This document shows, piece after piece, positions 48,901-61,664 of a DNA stretch of 64,000 bases (position 1 is its first letter; each line of letters begins with the position of its first letter). Made by a program: the position numbers and the translations under genes. Where the stretch lies: assembly GCF_006345805.1 (NCBI RefSeq), contig NC_043010.1, forward strand, positions 43,648,001-43,712,000, written 5' to 3'. The notes beneath the pieces were generated by a model that was not told the DNA's origin, did no database searches, and saw only the letters and a program-made list of their open reading frames with translations. The DNA comes from Octopus sinensis (taxonomy: Eukaryota).

Positions 48901-50969
48901 GTATGTCCTCCTATGTTCTGTATACTCTGGGAATGCATTAAAGCCCTTTTCAGGGCTACTTTATTTGAATTCTTAATATCGGGTAACTAATTTCATGTTA
49001 TTACATAACTGACTTCACAATTTGGGTATTCATAACTTATTGGGAATTCCTAAAAACAAGATCCTGTGTAAGACAGTTCGGTTTTCTCTGTAAATGCACA
49101 AAAACCGTTTTAAGGGCTACATACTTTGTATTGTTGTTATTGGATGGATTAGAAAAACAATTATGAGAACGGAACCAAGAGATAAGCCCCGCTTTCCCGG
49201 GAATTACCAGGTACATCAGCTAGTAATTTATATGTCAGAATATATTTTTTCCATGGATAATTATGTATCATTTAAAAGTTCTGGATGTGAACTTTCTTCT
49301 CATACTTTTATCAAAATCCAACACATACCATGCCAGGTCCCCTCAGTCACCATCATATTCCCACTTGTTCACAATGTTTGTCCTGTTTTTGACTGCTGAA
49401 CGGTAGCCCCCGTCCTAGTCCAATGCACTAGAGCACTATAACTAAATTTGTGTTGAAAATGATAGATATGAAGAGGACTTTTTTTTTACTTTTTTTTAAT
49501 ATATAAAAATCAATGGGGGTAGGTCTGATAATCATTATGAAATATAAAAGTGAAAATTTTATTAATTTTCATCAAGATTATTATACTATAAGGAAGAAAA
49601 ATTTCTTGTGAATTCAATATAGTCATTGCCAAATCTTGCCGCAATCTGCCACAGCTGCTCGTGGGATTAACGTATACTGATGCAACTTTTCAAATGCCAG
49701 TTTCACAAGTTGTCTGCATGTGTGTGTGTAAGAAAAAACATATTTACTAACAGTAAAGTATGCTAGACAAAAAGATGAATGAAAGAAGATTTAGCTGGTT
49801 GTTTCTAGCATATCCTATGACCACCTGGTACCTTTCTCATTTCTCCTCCCCTCTTCCCCTAGCACCAAGCAAGGCTGTATGTGTGTGTGTAAGAAAAGAA
49901 CATATTTACTAACAGAAAAGTACACTCTTATATTTTGAAAAGATTGGAAATTTATTAATTTTTAAACCCCAACCCCCTTCTTTGTTTCTTGCTTATAGTT
50001 TAAAATATTGGAGAGCCAGAGATCATTGCTGGGATTTATTCAGTGATTTAAAAAATGTATGTAAATGATTTATTTATATAGCATACTTTTCTGTTAATAA
50101 ATGTCTTTTTTTCTCTCTCACACACACACACACACACAAATATATGGACTCACTTGATTTGGGGTGGGGAGGTTGAATTTAAATTACAGAATCTTTTGGT
50201 TGCTTAAATCTCAGCAAGGACCACGCTTGGGCTAAACAAAACCTGTGTATTACTTCTGCGTCATCAATCCATAGAATGTGTTTATGGGGAGAAAAATATT
50301 GAAAAACATCAATACATGTTAGATTGACAAAGAAACAGGGAAGGTACCAGGTGGTCGTGGGGCATGCTAGAAACACCAGCTAAATTTCCTTTAAACCACA
50401 CATCTTTTTGTCTGAAAATATTTTCAAAAATTTTTTTCTTTTTTACCAAAAAGTCTTCTCCTGTCATTTGAAGTGTGTAGGGTAAAAAAAATTGGCCAAT
50501 ATCGGTCTGGAAGTGGGAGACAAAATCATAAAGTTTCTAAAAAAAATTTTCATAAAAAGCTTCTCCCCATCCTTTCCAAAGCCATGGGGGGAAAAAATTG
50601 GAAAAATCCCTATCAAAATGGAGAAAATCCAACTTATGTGGGTGTCCTGATCCAAAACTCCACCGATTAGCCATTTTTAATAGTCCACTAAAGTCTTATT
50701 GAAATAGTATCATCCCAAAATCTCAGAATTTATATAGCTCCATACCTACTACAAATGTGCCAAAACTCAAGTTGCTGTGGCTTGTACTTTTGGATTTAGC
50801 TAGGTCTGAAAACACTGCAAAATTGACTTTTTTTTACATGCAACAAAATAGGCTTTATACAAATATTTTTTTAAATTGCCAAAAAAATAGTTTCATTTTC
50901 AAGAAACTGAAAAAAACAGGCAACTGCTATCCCATGAGCACTATTAATTTATGAAATTTAAAGATAATT

Positions 50970-51362
50970 GGTGGTGGAAGCACTCCGTCGGTTACGACGA
51001 TGAGGGTTCCGGTTGATCCGAATCAACGGAACAGCCTGCTCGTGAAATTAACGTGTAAGTGGCTGAGCACTCCACAGACACGTGCACCCTTAACGTAGTT
51101 CTCGAGGATATTCAGCGTGACACAGAGAGTGACAAGGCCGGCCCCTTGAAATACAGGTACAACAGAAACAGGAAGTAAGAGTGAGAGAAAGTTGTAGTGA
51201 AAGAGTACAGCAGGGATCACCACCATCCCCTGCCGGAGCGTCGTGGAGCTTTATTAGGTGTTTTCGCTCAATAAACACTCACAACGCCCGGTCTGGGAAT
51301 TGAAACCGCAATCCTATGACCGCGAATCCGCTGCCCTAACCACTGGGCCATTGCGCTTCCAC
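50970..51362 (-). mobile_element. tRNA-derived SINE family C
   Basis: Minus-strand head gcgcaatggcccagtggttagggcagcgg...ggtttcaattcccagacc with A and B boxes, followed by ~300 bp of non-tRNA body. Confidence 0.85.
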
Positions 51363-51759
51363 TTAAAGATGATTATCACCTCAGTTTCAAAGACCACAAA
51401 TATGGCTAATTATTCATTTAGGCCTAATTAGGCAAGATTACAACTAATTTGCTAACCATTCAAATTGTCATATTTCCTAAAATATTCATCTAAATTTCAC
51501 AAATGAGATATCAAAATGTTTCTTTTTGTTACTCTAGAAAAAGTATGTAGAAGTTAGATTTAAATATTTCCAAAACTTCATGATATAGGCGCAGGAGTGG
51601 TTGTGTGGTAAGTAGCTTGCTTACCAACCACATGGTTCCGGGTTCAGTCCCACTGCATGGCACCTTGGGGAAGTGCCTTCTACTATAGCCTCGGGCTGAC
51701 CAAAGCCTTGTGAGTGGATTTCATAGACGGAAACTGAAAGAAGCCCATCATATATATGT

Positions 51760-53058
51760 ATCTCTTATTATAAAAGGCAGATTTTATATGCCTCCCTTTG
51801 TAAGTTATAGAAATCTACAATATAGGATTTCTTCAATTACAATTTACCTAGCATTTTTAAGAGTAGAATGCATCGGGTCATGCCAGGTCCAGTTTTTAAA
51901 ATTTAAACTCCAATTAAGCAAAATTTACAGAAAACTCACATTCTGGTGTGTATGTCAAATGCTCTTCTTAATGTGGTTTACACCACACGCAAACGCACAC
52001 ACACACAAAGGGAACGAACTGTTCCACTGACGCTATCACCCTTCTCCTCCTTTGTCTTTGCAAGTTGGCAGCTATTAAAGTGAAAACAGTGAATCCGACA
52101 GCGATAAAGAAAACGAATTGGTACCTGAATGGAGTGAAAATTTAAAAACTGTTTCTTTTGGTGAGTTTTCTGAAGAAACTGGACCAAGCCACAGACTTTC
52201 CCAGAAGAGTAAAGCCTTAAACTATTTCTATTTACTTTTTTGAATGAGCCCATTTGAAATCATTACGGTGAAAATGAACCGTTACGCTAAAACTTAAACA
52301 AAATGAAAGAAAGGATAGTTTGTTATTTCCCACAACCTTAAATGAAATTAAGGCCTATTTTGCCATAAATATTATTATGGGTATCAGAAAGTTACCCAGA
52401 ATAACAAATTCTATCGTAAAATTTTGTTGTATACCCAATTGAATATTAGCTAATAACCCATTTTCTATAGCGATGTTTGAACAAAATTTTAATAATTTTA
52501 TATTTTGTTGAATTTACCTGTATCTACCTGCAATTAGAGTCACTTTGTGACAAAAATTATAGTATAGAATTGGTTGAGGACATTTCATTAAATTATCTTC
52601 CAAAAATCACATTAATATATTGATAAATAAAAAAATTATTGTTGTTTAATGAAACTAGACTAAATTTATGATTACGTTAGAAAATAATTGAAACACATAA
52701 GGGGTGTATTTTGGTCAGAAATATAGTAACGAAAGGGTTAAGAAAAACCAAACCGGGTATCTTATAGTCGTGAGTCATATCGAGCCCTTCTGGGTATTAG
52801 CACGCGTCTACAATGAGTCTACGATTTAAAAAAATTTACCATCATATTTTTCCATTTTAATGCATTTTTTCGCTATTATATAAGGGAAATAACTCTCTAA
52901 AAATATCTACGATGTGTCAACGATTTAAAAAGAAATTTACCTTAATTTTTTTTCCATTTTTAATGCATTTTTTTCCTATTTTTTGGCTATAACTCTCTAA
53001 AAATGCTTATATAGTTATTTCCCTTACAAACCCGAGCAACGCCGGGCGATACTGCTAG
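51760..53058 (+). mobile_element. Composite non-autonomous Helitron (~1.3 kb) inserted inside a SINE
   Basis: A|TCTCTTATTATAAAA 5' end. The last ~320 bp match the 40226 copy and end in cccgagcaacgccgggcgatactgCTAG|T. SINE 5' half lies upstream and 3' half downstream. Confidence 0.85.
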
Positions 53059-56000
53059 TATGTATATATATGTGTGTGTGTCTGTGTCCCCCCACATCGC
53101 TTGACAACCGATGCTGGTGTGTTTACATCCCCTTAACTTAGCAGTTCGGCAAAAGAGACCGATAGAATAAGTACTAGGCTTACAAGGAATAAGTCCTGGG
53201 GTCGATTCTCTCGACTAAATGCGTTGCTCCAGCACAGCCGCAGTCAAATGACTGAAACAAGCAAAAGAGTATACCTATTTAAACATAGGCAGTTATGCAC
53301 AATTCTTGATATATGAGCAGGTTTTTAGTATAGGACATTTAGATTTATAGAGAGTGATCAATTATCAAGAACTGAAGTATTTAATGAATGCAGAAACCAA
53401 ACTATTGTGAAGTGTTGGCCATAACAATAATGTGACAATTTGTCATGAAAGTTTAACATTTGCAGCAAAAGTATTGGTTTCTGCTGTGTCATACATAGAT
53501 AAAAAAGTGTGCGTTGTTGTCCAAAATCAGAGCTTTGACCTATTAGTTTATTTCCTTATACACAACATATACATATGTGCCACACCTATATCAATAGTAA
53601 GTATTTAGCTATTATATATTTACTCTAATCAGTTAGACAACAACCAAGACAAGAATTTGAAAGCAAAAGATATCTTGTTTTTATTAAATAAAATATTTTT
53701 TCTGCATAGTTCTGATTTATGTTAAATGATTACAGCCCAGACCTTAAGTTTAGGTAATTTACTAAGGGTTAAATTTAAATAGCTGATAAATTATATTAGA
53801 ATTTAGTTTTTGGGATGTGAATCCATATATGTTCTCACCAAATACTAGCTCACTGTTTATCCCTTTTCCCAGTCTCTTTTGAGGACCTCATCCAATTACT
53901 ACTTTCCCAGTCTTAAAGAAGATTAAGTAATCTATGAGTGCTGACTTTCCTTATTTTTTTTAATGTACCACACTAATGATGAAATAGGAAGACAGTGTGT
54001 TAGCTATCTAGCTTGTGTTTATATTTGGTGGGGGTGATTATGCTTTTTAAGAATTACGCTATTTGTGATTGAAAAAAATCAAAATTGGTTTCTCCTCCTT
54101 TTTGATTTTTCTTATGTAACATGCTTCTGTTGTAGTCAACCAAAGTTGCATCAAATAATGCTCATTATATGCAGTGATTTAAATACCCTCTACTTATTTT
54201 GTCTTCAAAGATTATGCATTACTTTCATAATATTATCTAGCATGTTGTATTACAGAAGATTCCTAAGTATTATGTTCGCTGAACGTTGTTCCATTAATTT
54301 ATTGGGCATACACTTGTAGATATATATGGGCTGATTAATAAAATATTTGGAAACTCAATTAAATTTTAGTGTGGCTGTTGTCTTTGCACAGCTTAACTAA
54401 CATTGTAAACAGCTAACAAAGAATATACAACTAACCACCACACTAAACACTTCTCAAGAAAATTATTTAGATATTTATACTCCAAAGATGTGAGCAATAT
54501 TCAGTGTTAGAGTGTAGTCTTTGAAGCTCCTTAGCAGTACATTTTGACCCTGAGAGGAAAAAAGTCTTTCTGAAAAAATTTTGGCTATAAGGAATATATA
54601 AGGTTTTATATTTATCGCTAGTTAATGGAGATCATAATAGGGAAGAAAAATATTGGATACATATCTGGAGTAGAATCATTGGACAACGCATTTAATAGAG
54701 TAGGGATTAAGAGAATACTGGGGGTGATAGAAAGAGGAGACATATGTACATGAATTAAATTTTGTTGGAGCAATATAGTCATCAAACTCAATGGGTCTGA
54801 GATCATTGTGTCAGAGGTGACAGCAGTTTCAAAAGTGATCCAATGGTTGAAGTGTGTTAGTAATGAAAATGCTCATATCTGGAAGATTCCAAAATAGCTC
54901 ACTCATTAAGTAGCACCATCACCTCTTCAATTTTACAGAAACTTTGCATAACGATAGATTTGAGGTAAAAATTAATTAGCAAATTTCCATCTAGATCTGA
55001 CCAATTATTCAAAAGTTACAAGTAAGGTCATTTTGAGATCAAGCATTGACCTTGCATTCTTCAAGTTGTAACTTTTCCTTCTTGGTTGTAGCTATATAAA
55101 AGTATACATATTTAGAATCACAATGGTTTTTGGATCTCAAAGAGGACATTGTTTTGATGTGTAATGAACAAAAATCTCTATAATAAATGAATATTTAAAA
55201 TGACCATTTGACCTTTCAGAAAGATTTTGGAAAAATTCATTGAAGATAATGTTCCCCTGCCATTTTTCTTTTGTAATTAGTTATAACAAATTTGCACACA
55301 ATCTATTACATAGGTCAAAAACATAATTTAAATAGTATTAACTTTTATTGTTTACTTTGAAATTTAATTTCACCTTATTTCCTGGGCTAGATATCCTAAG
55401 AGTTGGATGAGAAATATATGAAGGAGTTCTGCAAATATTTATGATGCACTATATGCATTGTTACATTATATATTCAATATTTGGCTTGTTAAGCACCATT
55501 ATGTTTTCCATTTATTTACCACTTTTTCCTACAGGGCATATGCTCTTATACAGTGAAAGAACTGAGCTTTAGATTATAAGGTAGATCATAGTACATATCT
55601 CCTTACAAAATATGAATATGAAATTTTGCTTGGATCCTCTGAAGAAACATAAGAATTTTTGAAGGTCTAAGTAAAATTAATCAGGACATTATTCTTAGAT
55701 GTCTTGGACTATTAAAAGAAAATACCCTATTATGTATAAAATGTCAGACAATAATATCAAAGAAATCAGGTATTCTTGTGCAGTAGTGGAGGATGATTTT
55801 TCCAATGGAAGGAAATGAACACTCATGTTCCATATCTGTTTCAAGCCTCTCTAGTTGTCTACATGTCTCCTTCAAAAAAATCTACAGTTTTCCATGGAGA
55901 TAAACTTCAGAAGGATATTATTTTCTACTTGAATGAAAGTTCCATAAAAATAAGTAAAGCTATTTTCATGTAAATAAAAATAGTCATAGCTCCCCCATGG

Positions 56001-56949
56001 AATATTGGGCAATGAGAGATTTCCATCCAGCATAGTTACAAACCCTGTCAAAAGGCCTACACTTTCCCAAGTCCTCTGTCACAGTCATCTATCATATTCA
56101 ACCAGGTCTTGACAAGTCCACCTTACTTCCTACTCTTCGTCTCTAGCTTCCACATGGGTATGCAGAACATATGGCCAAGCATCTTCTACTCCCTCATGGT
56201 GATGGTATGCTTTCCATGACTTCTTAATTTGTGATATGATTGCACCAAGAAATTCTTCATATGGGCCTAATGCAAGATCAGTAAACGAATGACATCTTCA
56301 GTTCTATAATAATTTTTAAAAATAACTAACCCATTAGCATTCAGATTACTCTGTTGAATGTAATGCTTATTCATTTACATTGTTTTCAATTCATCATGCA
56401 ACATCTCACAGTTTTAAAATTTTGATAATGTGATATTTTTTTAATAATGACATCATAGAGTAGGTGTAAGAGATTGGATCTGGCTGATTTCAACATTGAA
56501 TAGGTAGATTATTTGGGCCATTTAATGGGCTGAATATCTACTTTTCTATACTACTAATGATTAAATAAACAAACATTTGTACACTGAATGACATTTAGTA
56601 TAAATATACATAGTTTATTATATAAATAATATTCACTTGAACAAACAATGCTCTTTATATTTATGTTGTTTACAGCTGGTATGACCCCTAAGCAAAAGAT
56701 AAAACTTTTGACATCTCTGAACTGTTGAAGACAACAGAGAAAATGAAGAGATCTATAAAATTTGCGTATAGAGTAGAACCTCTGGAAATTGATCCATCAG
56801 CAAGCTCCTATCATGGCCGAAACAATTATGAATGAAGCTTAAGTACTATTATCTATAAACATTGTCCTGTATAGCTATGTGTATAATTATACTGAAGCTC
56901 CCAAATGCATAGGTTCAAGATACCACTAATTATTAAAATGAAATATCTA

Positions 56950-57345
56950 GGAGTGGCTGTGTGGTAAGTAGCTTGCTAACCAACCACATGGTTCCGGGTT
57001 CAGTCCCGCTGCATGGCATCTTGGGCAAGTGTCTTCTGCTATAGCCCTGGGCCGACCAATGCCTTGTGAGTGGATTTGGTAGACAGAAACTGAAAGAAGC
57101 CTGTCGTATATATGTATATATATATATGTGTGTGTGTATGTGTTTGCGTGTCTCTGTTTGTTCCCCTAGCATTGCTTGACAACCGATGCTGGTGTGTTTA
57201 CGTCCCTGTCACTTAGCAGTTCAGCATAAGAGACCGATAGAATAAGTACTGGGCTTACAAAGAATAAGTCCCGGGGTCGATTTGCTCGACTAAAGGTGGT
57301 GCTCCAGCATGGCCGCAGTCAAATGACTGAAACAAGTAAAAGAGT
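56950..57345 (+). mobile_element. tRNA-derived SINE family B, full length
   Basis: Same head, internal microsatellite and tail as the 16258 copy. Confidence 0.92.
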
Positions 57346-58109
57346 AATAATCTTGATATTTTGTGACTTGTTAGCTATCAACTAGCCAGTAACCTTTTCT
57401 TTTTTTTTTTTCTTTTTAGTTTTGTTACCATGTAATTTAATGCTCTAAATTTCACACATTGTAAATGGTGATAGTAATAAAATTTGTAATTTTAGCTTCC
57501 TGTTTTGTGCTGTGCTTAAGCCTCAAACATCAAGAGAGGTTCATGCCTCAAATTTTTTAAACACATCTGGTCTATGGATGTTAAATTCATTTTAATTGAT
57601 GCTACCTTGAAACTAGGTCCTGGGAGGTTTGACTTAATCATACACATAGCTATTAAGAATACATATTTATAAATATAGATATATAGTAATACTAAAGTAA
57701 TTCAGAATTGTTTAGGTCGCAATCAGAATTATTGATGGGCCTGTTTCCAGAAGTTCCACTCATATGTAGACTCTATAGATCCCTTCATTTTGTCTGTTGT
57801 CTTCAGTAATCCAATATCTTGCATTAGAAGAGAGGGATGGTATAGCTGTGACAGAAAGGGGATAGGGGCCATACATGCAAGTTACAGGGTGATGCATATA
57901 GTGAAGTGGACAGGGGATTGGAGAGGATGGGTAGATGGGTGAGTTCACAAGATTTTGGAAGGAGAGTAGGAGCTAGCAATGGGGGACAGGCAATTTAAGG
58001 GTGTTTTGTGTGCAGGTATGTAAGTGGATAGGTGGGGGAGAGTAGAGGGAGGGGAAAACAGTATTGAGCATGGGTGAGTTGTGGGGAGAGGGGTACACAG
58101 ACATGGATT

Positions 58110-58360
58110 TTACTTTGCTAGGCAGGTCTTCTCAAGCGCAGCATATCACCAGTTGATTTGGCCCTTTCTCATCCCTCTAAGATCATTTCTTGCCACCTCA
58201 TCCCACATCTTCCTGGGTCTTCCTCATCCATATGCTTTATGTTACCATACTGATGTTGCCTTCTCTCTTGCACACTACAGCTGATACTCTTACACCCCAT
58301 TTTACTCTTAAAACATTTACACTTTGTTGTACATGCACACTGACATTGCACAGCCAATGG
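58110..58360 (-). mobile_element. Decayed RTE LINE fragment
   Basis: gtcttctcaagc...ccacctcatcccacatcttcctgggtcttcctc matches the other RTE copies. Confidence 0.65.
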
Positions 58361-59458
58361 AGTATGATGGCTTCATGGAAAATTGTCTAGATCCTTGGAA
58401 GGTGATACAAGGACAACTGAGAGGTTTGAAACAGTTGAGGCCCATGAATCTTCATTGCTTTACATTAAGGATTCATTTTTCCACTGCTTCTTGCTTAACA
58501 CACAGTTTCTTTGATATAAAAATATCTGACAATTTATACATAATAGGAATTCTTTTCATAGTCCAAGACTTCTAGGAATTAACAAACAAAAAAAGAACAT
58601 AGAAAATTTTTCTATTCAGATATACATAACAATGCAGGAACATGCTAAATATATTGAATATATAATGTGATAATGTATAGATATGACATGGTGTGTAACT
58701 GTAGAACTCTTTATATACTTCTCATCTGGTCCTCAAGAAGTCTATCTCTTGAAATGAAGTGAAACGCAATGTTTATAGTTAAAAATACTGGAATTCATAC
58801 TACAAAAATCATGAGGTAGGGAAGCATTTTTATATTCAATGAATTTTTCAAAAATCCCTCTGAGAGGTCAGAGTCAGTTCAAGTATTCATTTATTATTGA
58901 AATTTTGATTCATCACAAATCAGAAACAATGGCATTTTTGAAAACTGTAAATTGCAATTTCAAATATGTTTTTATGTAGTTTATAAAGGTTATTAAAATT
59001 TGAAAAATGCAAGGTCACCCAACATTTGATCTCAAAGTGACCTTGTAACTCTTGAACAGTTGTTCAGATTTAGCTAAAAATTTGGGAGTGGGGGTCATTT
59101 TGGCCCTAAACCTGCCCTTGTATTAAGTTTCAACCAAGTTGAAGATGTGAAAGTGTTATTTTCTAATTTTAACCCTTTAACATTTAAACCTGCCAGATCC
59201 AGCTTCTCACACCTATTCTACAATGTCATTATAAAAATAAACAATCATGTTATCAAAATCTTGAAACTATGAGATAATGCATGAATTACTCAAAACAATG
59301 TGAATAAATAACTACTACATTTGACAGAGTAATCCGAATGTGAAATGGTTGTCAGGTGAACTGTCCTAGAATCACCCATGTGTGACTGAGAACATTGCTA
59401 AAAATAACAACACTCTATACTTGTAAATTAGCATTAAATCTACCTAGATCTATGCTAA

Positions 59459-59736
59459 TCTGTATCTATAAAACAGTCCTTGGACGAAAATTGTATGCAC
59501 ATTTTGCTTTGATGGTTAATGGCAGTCAAGCCGAGCTAGGATCGAGCTGAAAATTGGCAGGGACACTAAATGCGTGATGAGGATGAGACCCGCAATGGTT
59601 AAAATTCGCAAGCTATAAAGATGTGGTTGCTATGGCAAAAAGAGTGATTTTTTATTGATTCAATTAATATATAAAATATAGTTATAGTTATCATAATTAT
59701 GCCCTTATTATAATTTTATAATGACATTTATAAAAT

Positions 59737-59792
<56 letters not shown>

Positions 59793-59831
59793 CTAGCACT
59801 ATGATCCGGCAATGCCGGGTCATAGTGCTAG
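59459..59831 (+). mobile_element. Probable non-autonomous Helitron of a second family
   Basis: TC...TATAAAA-type 5' region, internal (TA)n, terminal hairpin ccggcaatgccgg and CTAG|T. Confidence 0.6.
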
Positions 59832-60392
59832 TTCATTTTTATATTTATGTAGCTGCTTACATAAGAATTACCTCAATAAGTGTTGATTTAGGAAGACATG
59901 GATAGTTCATAGCATCTAAATAAACCCATTCCTACACAGATCATATCACCTTTACTCTTAAAATCTCTGTACACAGGCTTCATTTATTTGCAACCTAGGT
60001 ACCCACACCATATACCCATTGTGTTCACGAATTGGAAACCTTTTCCAATGGAGATGTGAGAACCTAATCTAGATCAGTAGCAGTAGTTAATGTTCCTCTG
60101 AACTAGCAAATTGTTTATTACGCTTGCTGAATCTCACTTTAAGTGCCCTCCTCTCATCATTCCTACTGTGTCACGCTAATCAAGCCTCATATTTAAATGC
60201 TTCCATACCTCCATCCCAGAACTAGAGGTTCCACATTTTCCTTACAGGCATCAACCAGCAATTAAATTAGACATTAATTACATTGCGTCCGTTTGTAGGA
60301 GAAATGCTAAGTCTATAGACACTGCTCATCTCAATTGACACATGTGCGTATGCTTGTATGGGACAAGAAATATCTACGGTTGTACACATGTA

Positions 60393-61664
60393 TTGGGTTA
60401 TCCCATAAATAATGCGTCTTTTTCAATTGCATGAACTAAAAGTCAAGAGGGGATAAACTACCTGCATCACCTTGCTTTAGAAGCAGATAATAATACCATG
60501 TCCTTATTCTTAGTGCAAGTTTTGAAGAGTACAGTTCGATTTTAACAGTTATGTTTTCAAAGCTATAATGGAAGTGACAAAGGAGCATATTCGGTATATT
60601 TTTCTTTATGAGTTCAATAAAGGCAACAATGCAACAGAAAGTGCAAGGAATATTAATGCAGTATATGGGGATCGAACAATAAGCATAAACCAATGTCAAC
60701 GATGGTTCCAGAAATTCTGAGCTGGAAACTACAGCCTAGTAGACCAGCCTCATCCTGGAAGATCTGTAGAGCTCGATGAGGATGTCCTGCAAACCCTGGT
60801 GGAACAAACTCTCATAACTGTTGAGGAACTAGCAGAGAATCTTGGATTTGGTCATTCAACCATTCATCGACACCTGCGTGCCATTGGAAAAGTTAGGAAA
60901 TTGGGCCAATGGGTTCCTCACAAACTTTCCAAGTCTAGTCCCACGCAGAGAGTGAATGTGTGCAGTTCTTTGCTGTCACATCTCATGAATGAACCTTTTT
61001 TGGACCGAATAGTGACTGGTGACAAGAAATGGGTTCTCTGTAAAAATGTCAAGTGCCAAAGAGAGTTGGTAGGGAAAAGAGAAACACCGGCACCACATGC
61101 TAAAGAAAGTCTTCGCCCACATAAGGTGTTACTACCTGTTTGATGGGATATGAAACGTTTAGTCTGCTTTGAACTTTTAAACCCAAACCAAATGATAACA
61201 AATGTGATCTACTGTGAGCAGCTTAAGTCAGCATTAGAAGAAAAACAACCATCTTTTGTTTCAAGAAGAAAGGTGTTCTTCCAACAGGATAATGCTCTGC
61301 CACATTCAACAAGGATGACATTCCAAAGATTGGAGCAGTTTGAATGGGAAACAATGCTTTGCCCACCATATTCGCCGGACATTGCCCCATCTGATTATCA
61401 TTTATTCCACAGTTTTCAAAATCATTTTGATGGAAAAAATATGAATTCTGTAGATGAAGTCAAAACAGTACTGGAGGAGTAATTTTCATCACAGACAAGT
61501 GAATTTTGGAAGAGGGACCTTGCAATTCTACCAGATAGATGGAAGAGCATTGTAGAAAATGAAGGAGAGTATATTTTAGATGAGAAAAGAACTTTGTTTA
61601 TCTAAATTTTGAAAAATAAAAGCAGTATAAAATTAAAAACTGCATTATTTATGGGATGATCCAA
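60393..61664 (+). mobile_element. Full-length mariner (DD34D), transposase inactivated by stops
   Basis: TA-flanked TIRs ttgggttatcccataaataatgc / gcattatttatgggatgatccaa. ATG at 60568. Motifs WVPHKL, IVTGDKKW, QDNALPH and YSPDIAPSDYHLF. Confidence 0.95.

Noticed and set aside
51290-51362. tRNA-like sequences here and at the heads of SINE families A and B
   Set aside because: They continue into shared SINE bodies, lack a complete cloverleaf or acceptor stem, and occur as diverged dispersed copies.
54940-59110. Two related aaggtca/tgacctt-containing segments (~54960-55080 and ~58990-59110) in inverted orientation
   Set aside because: Short and diverged with no definable termini; most likely independent old copies of a dispersed repeat.
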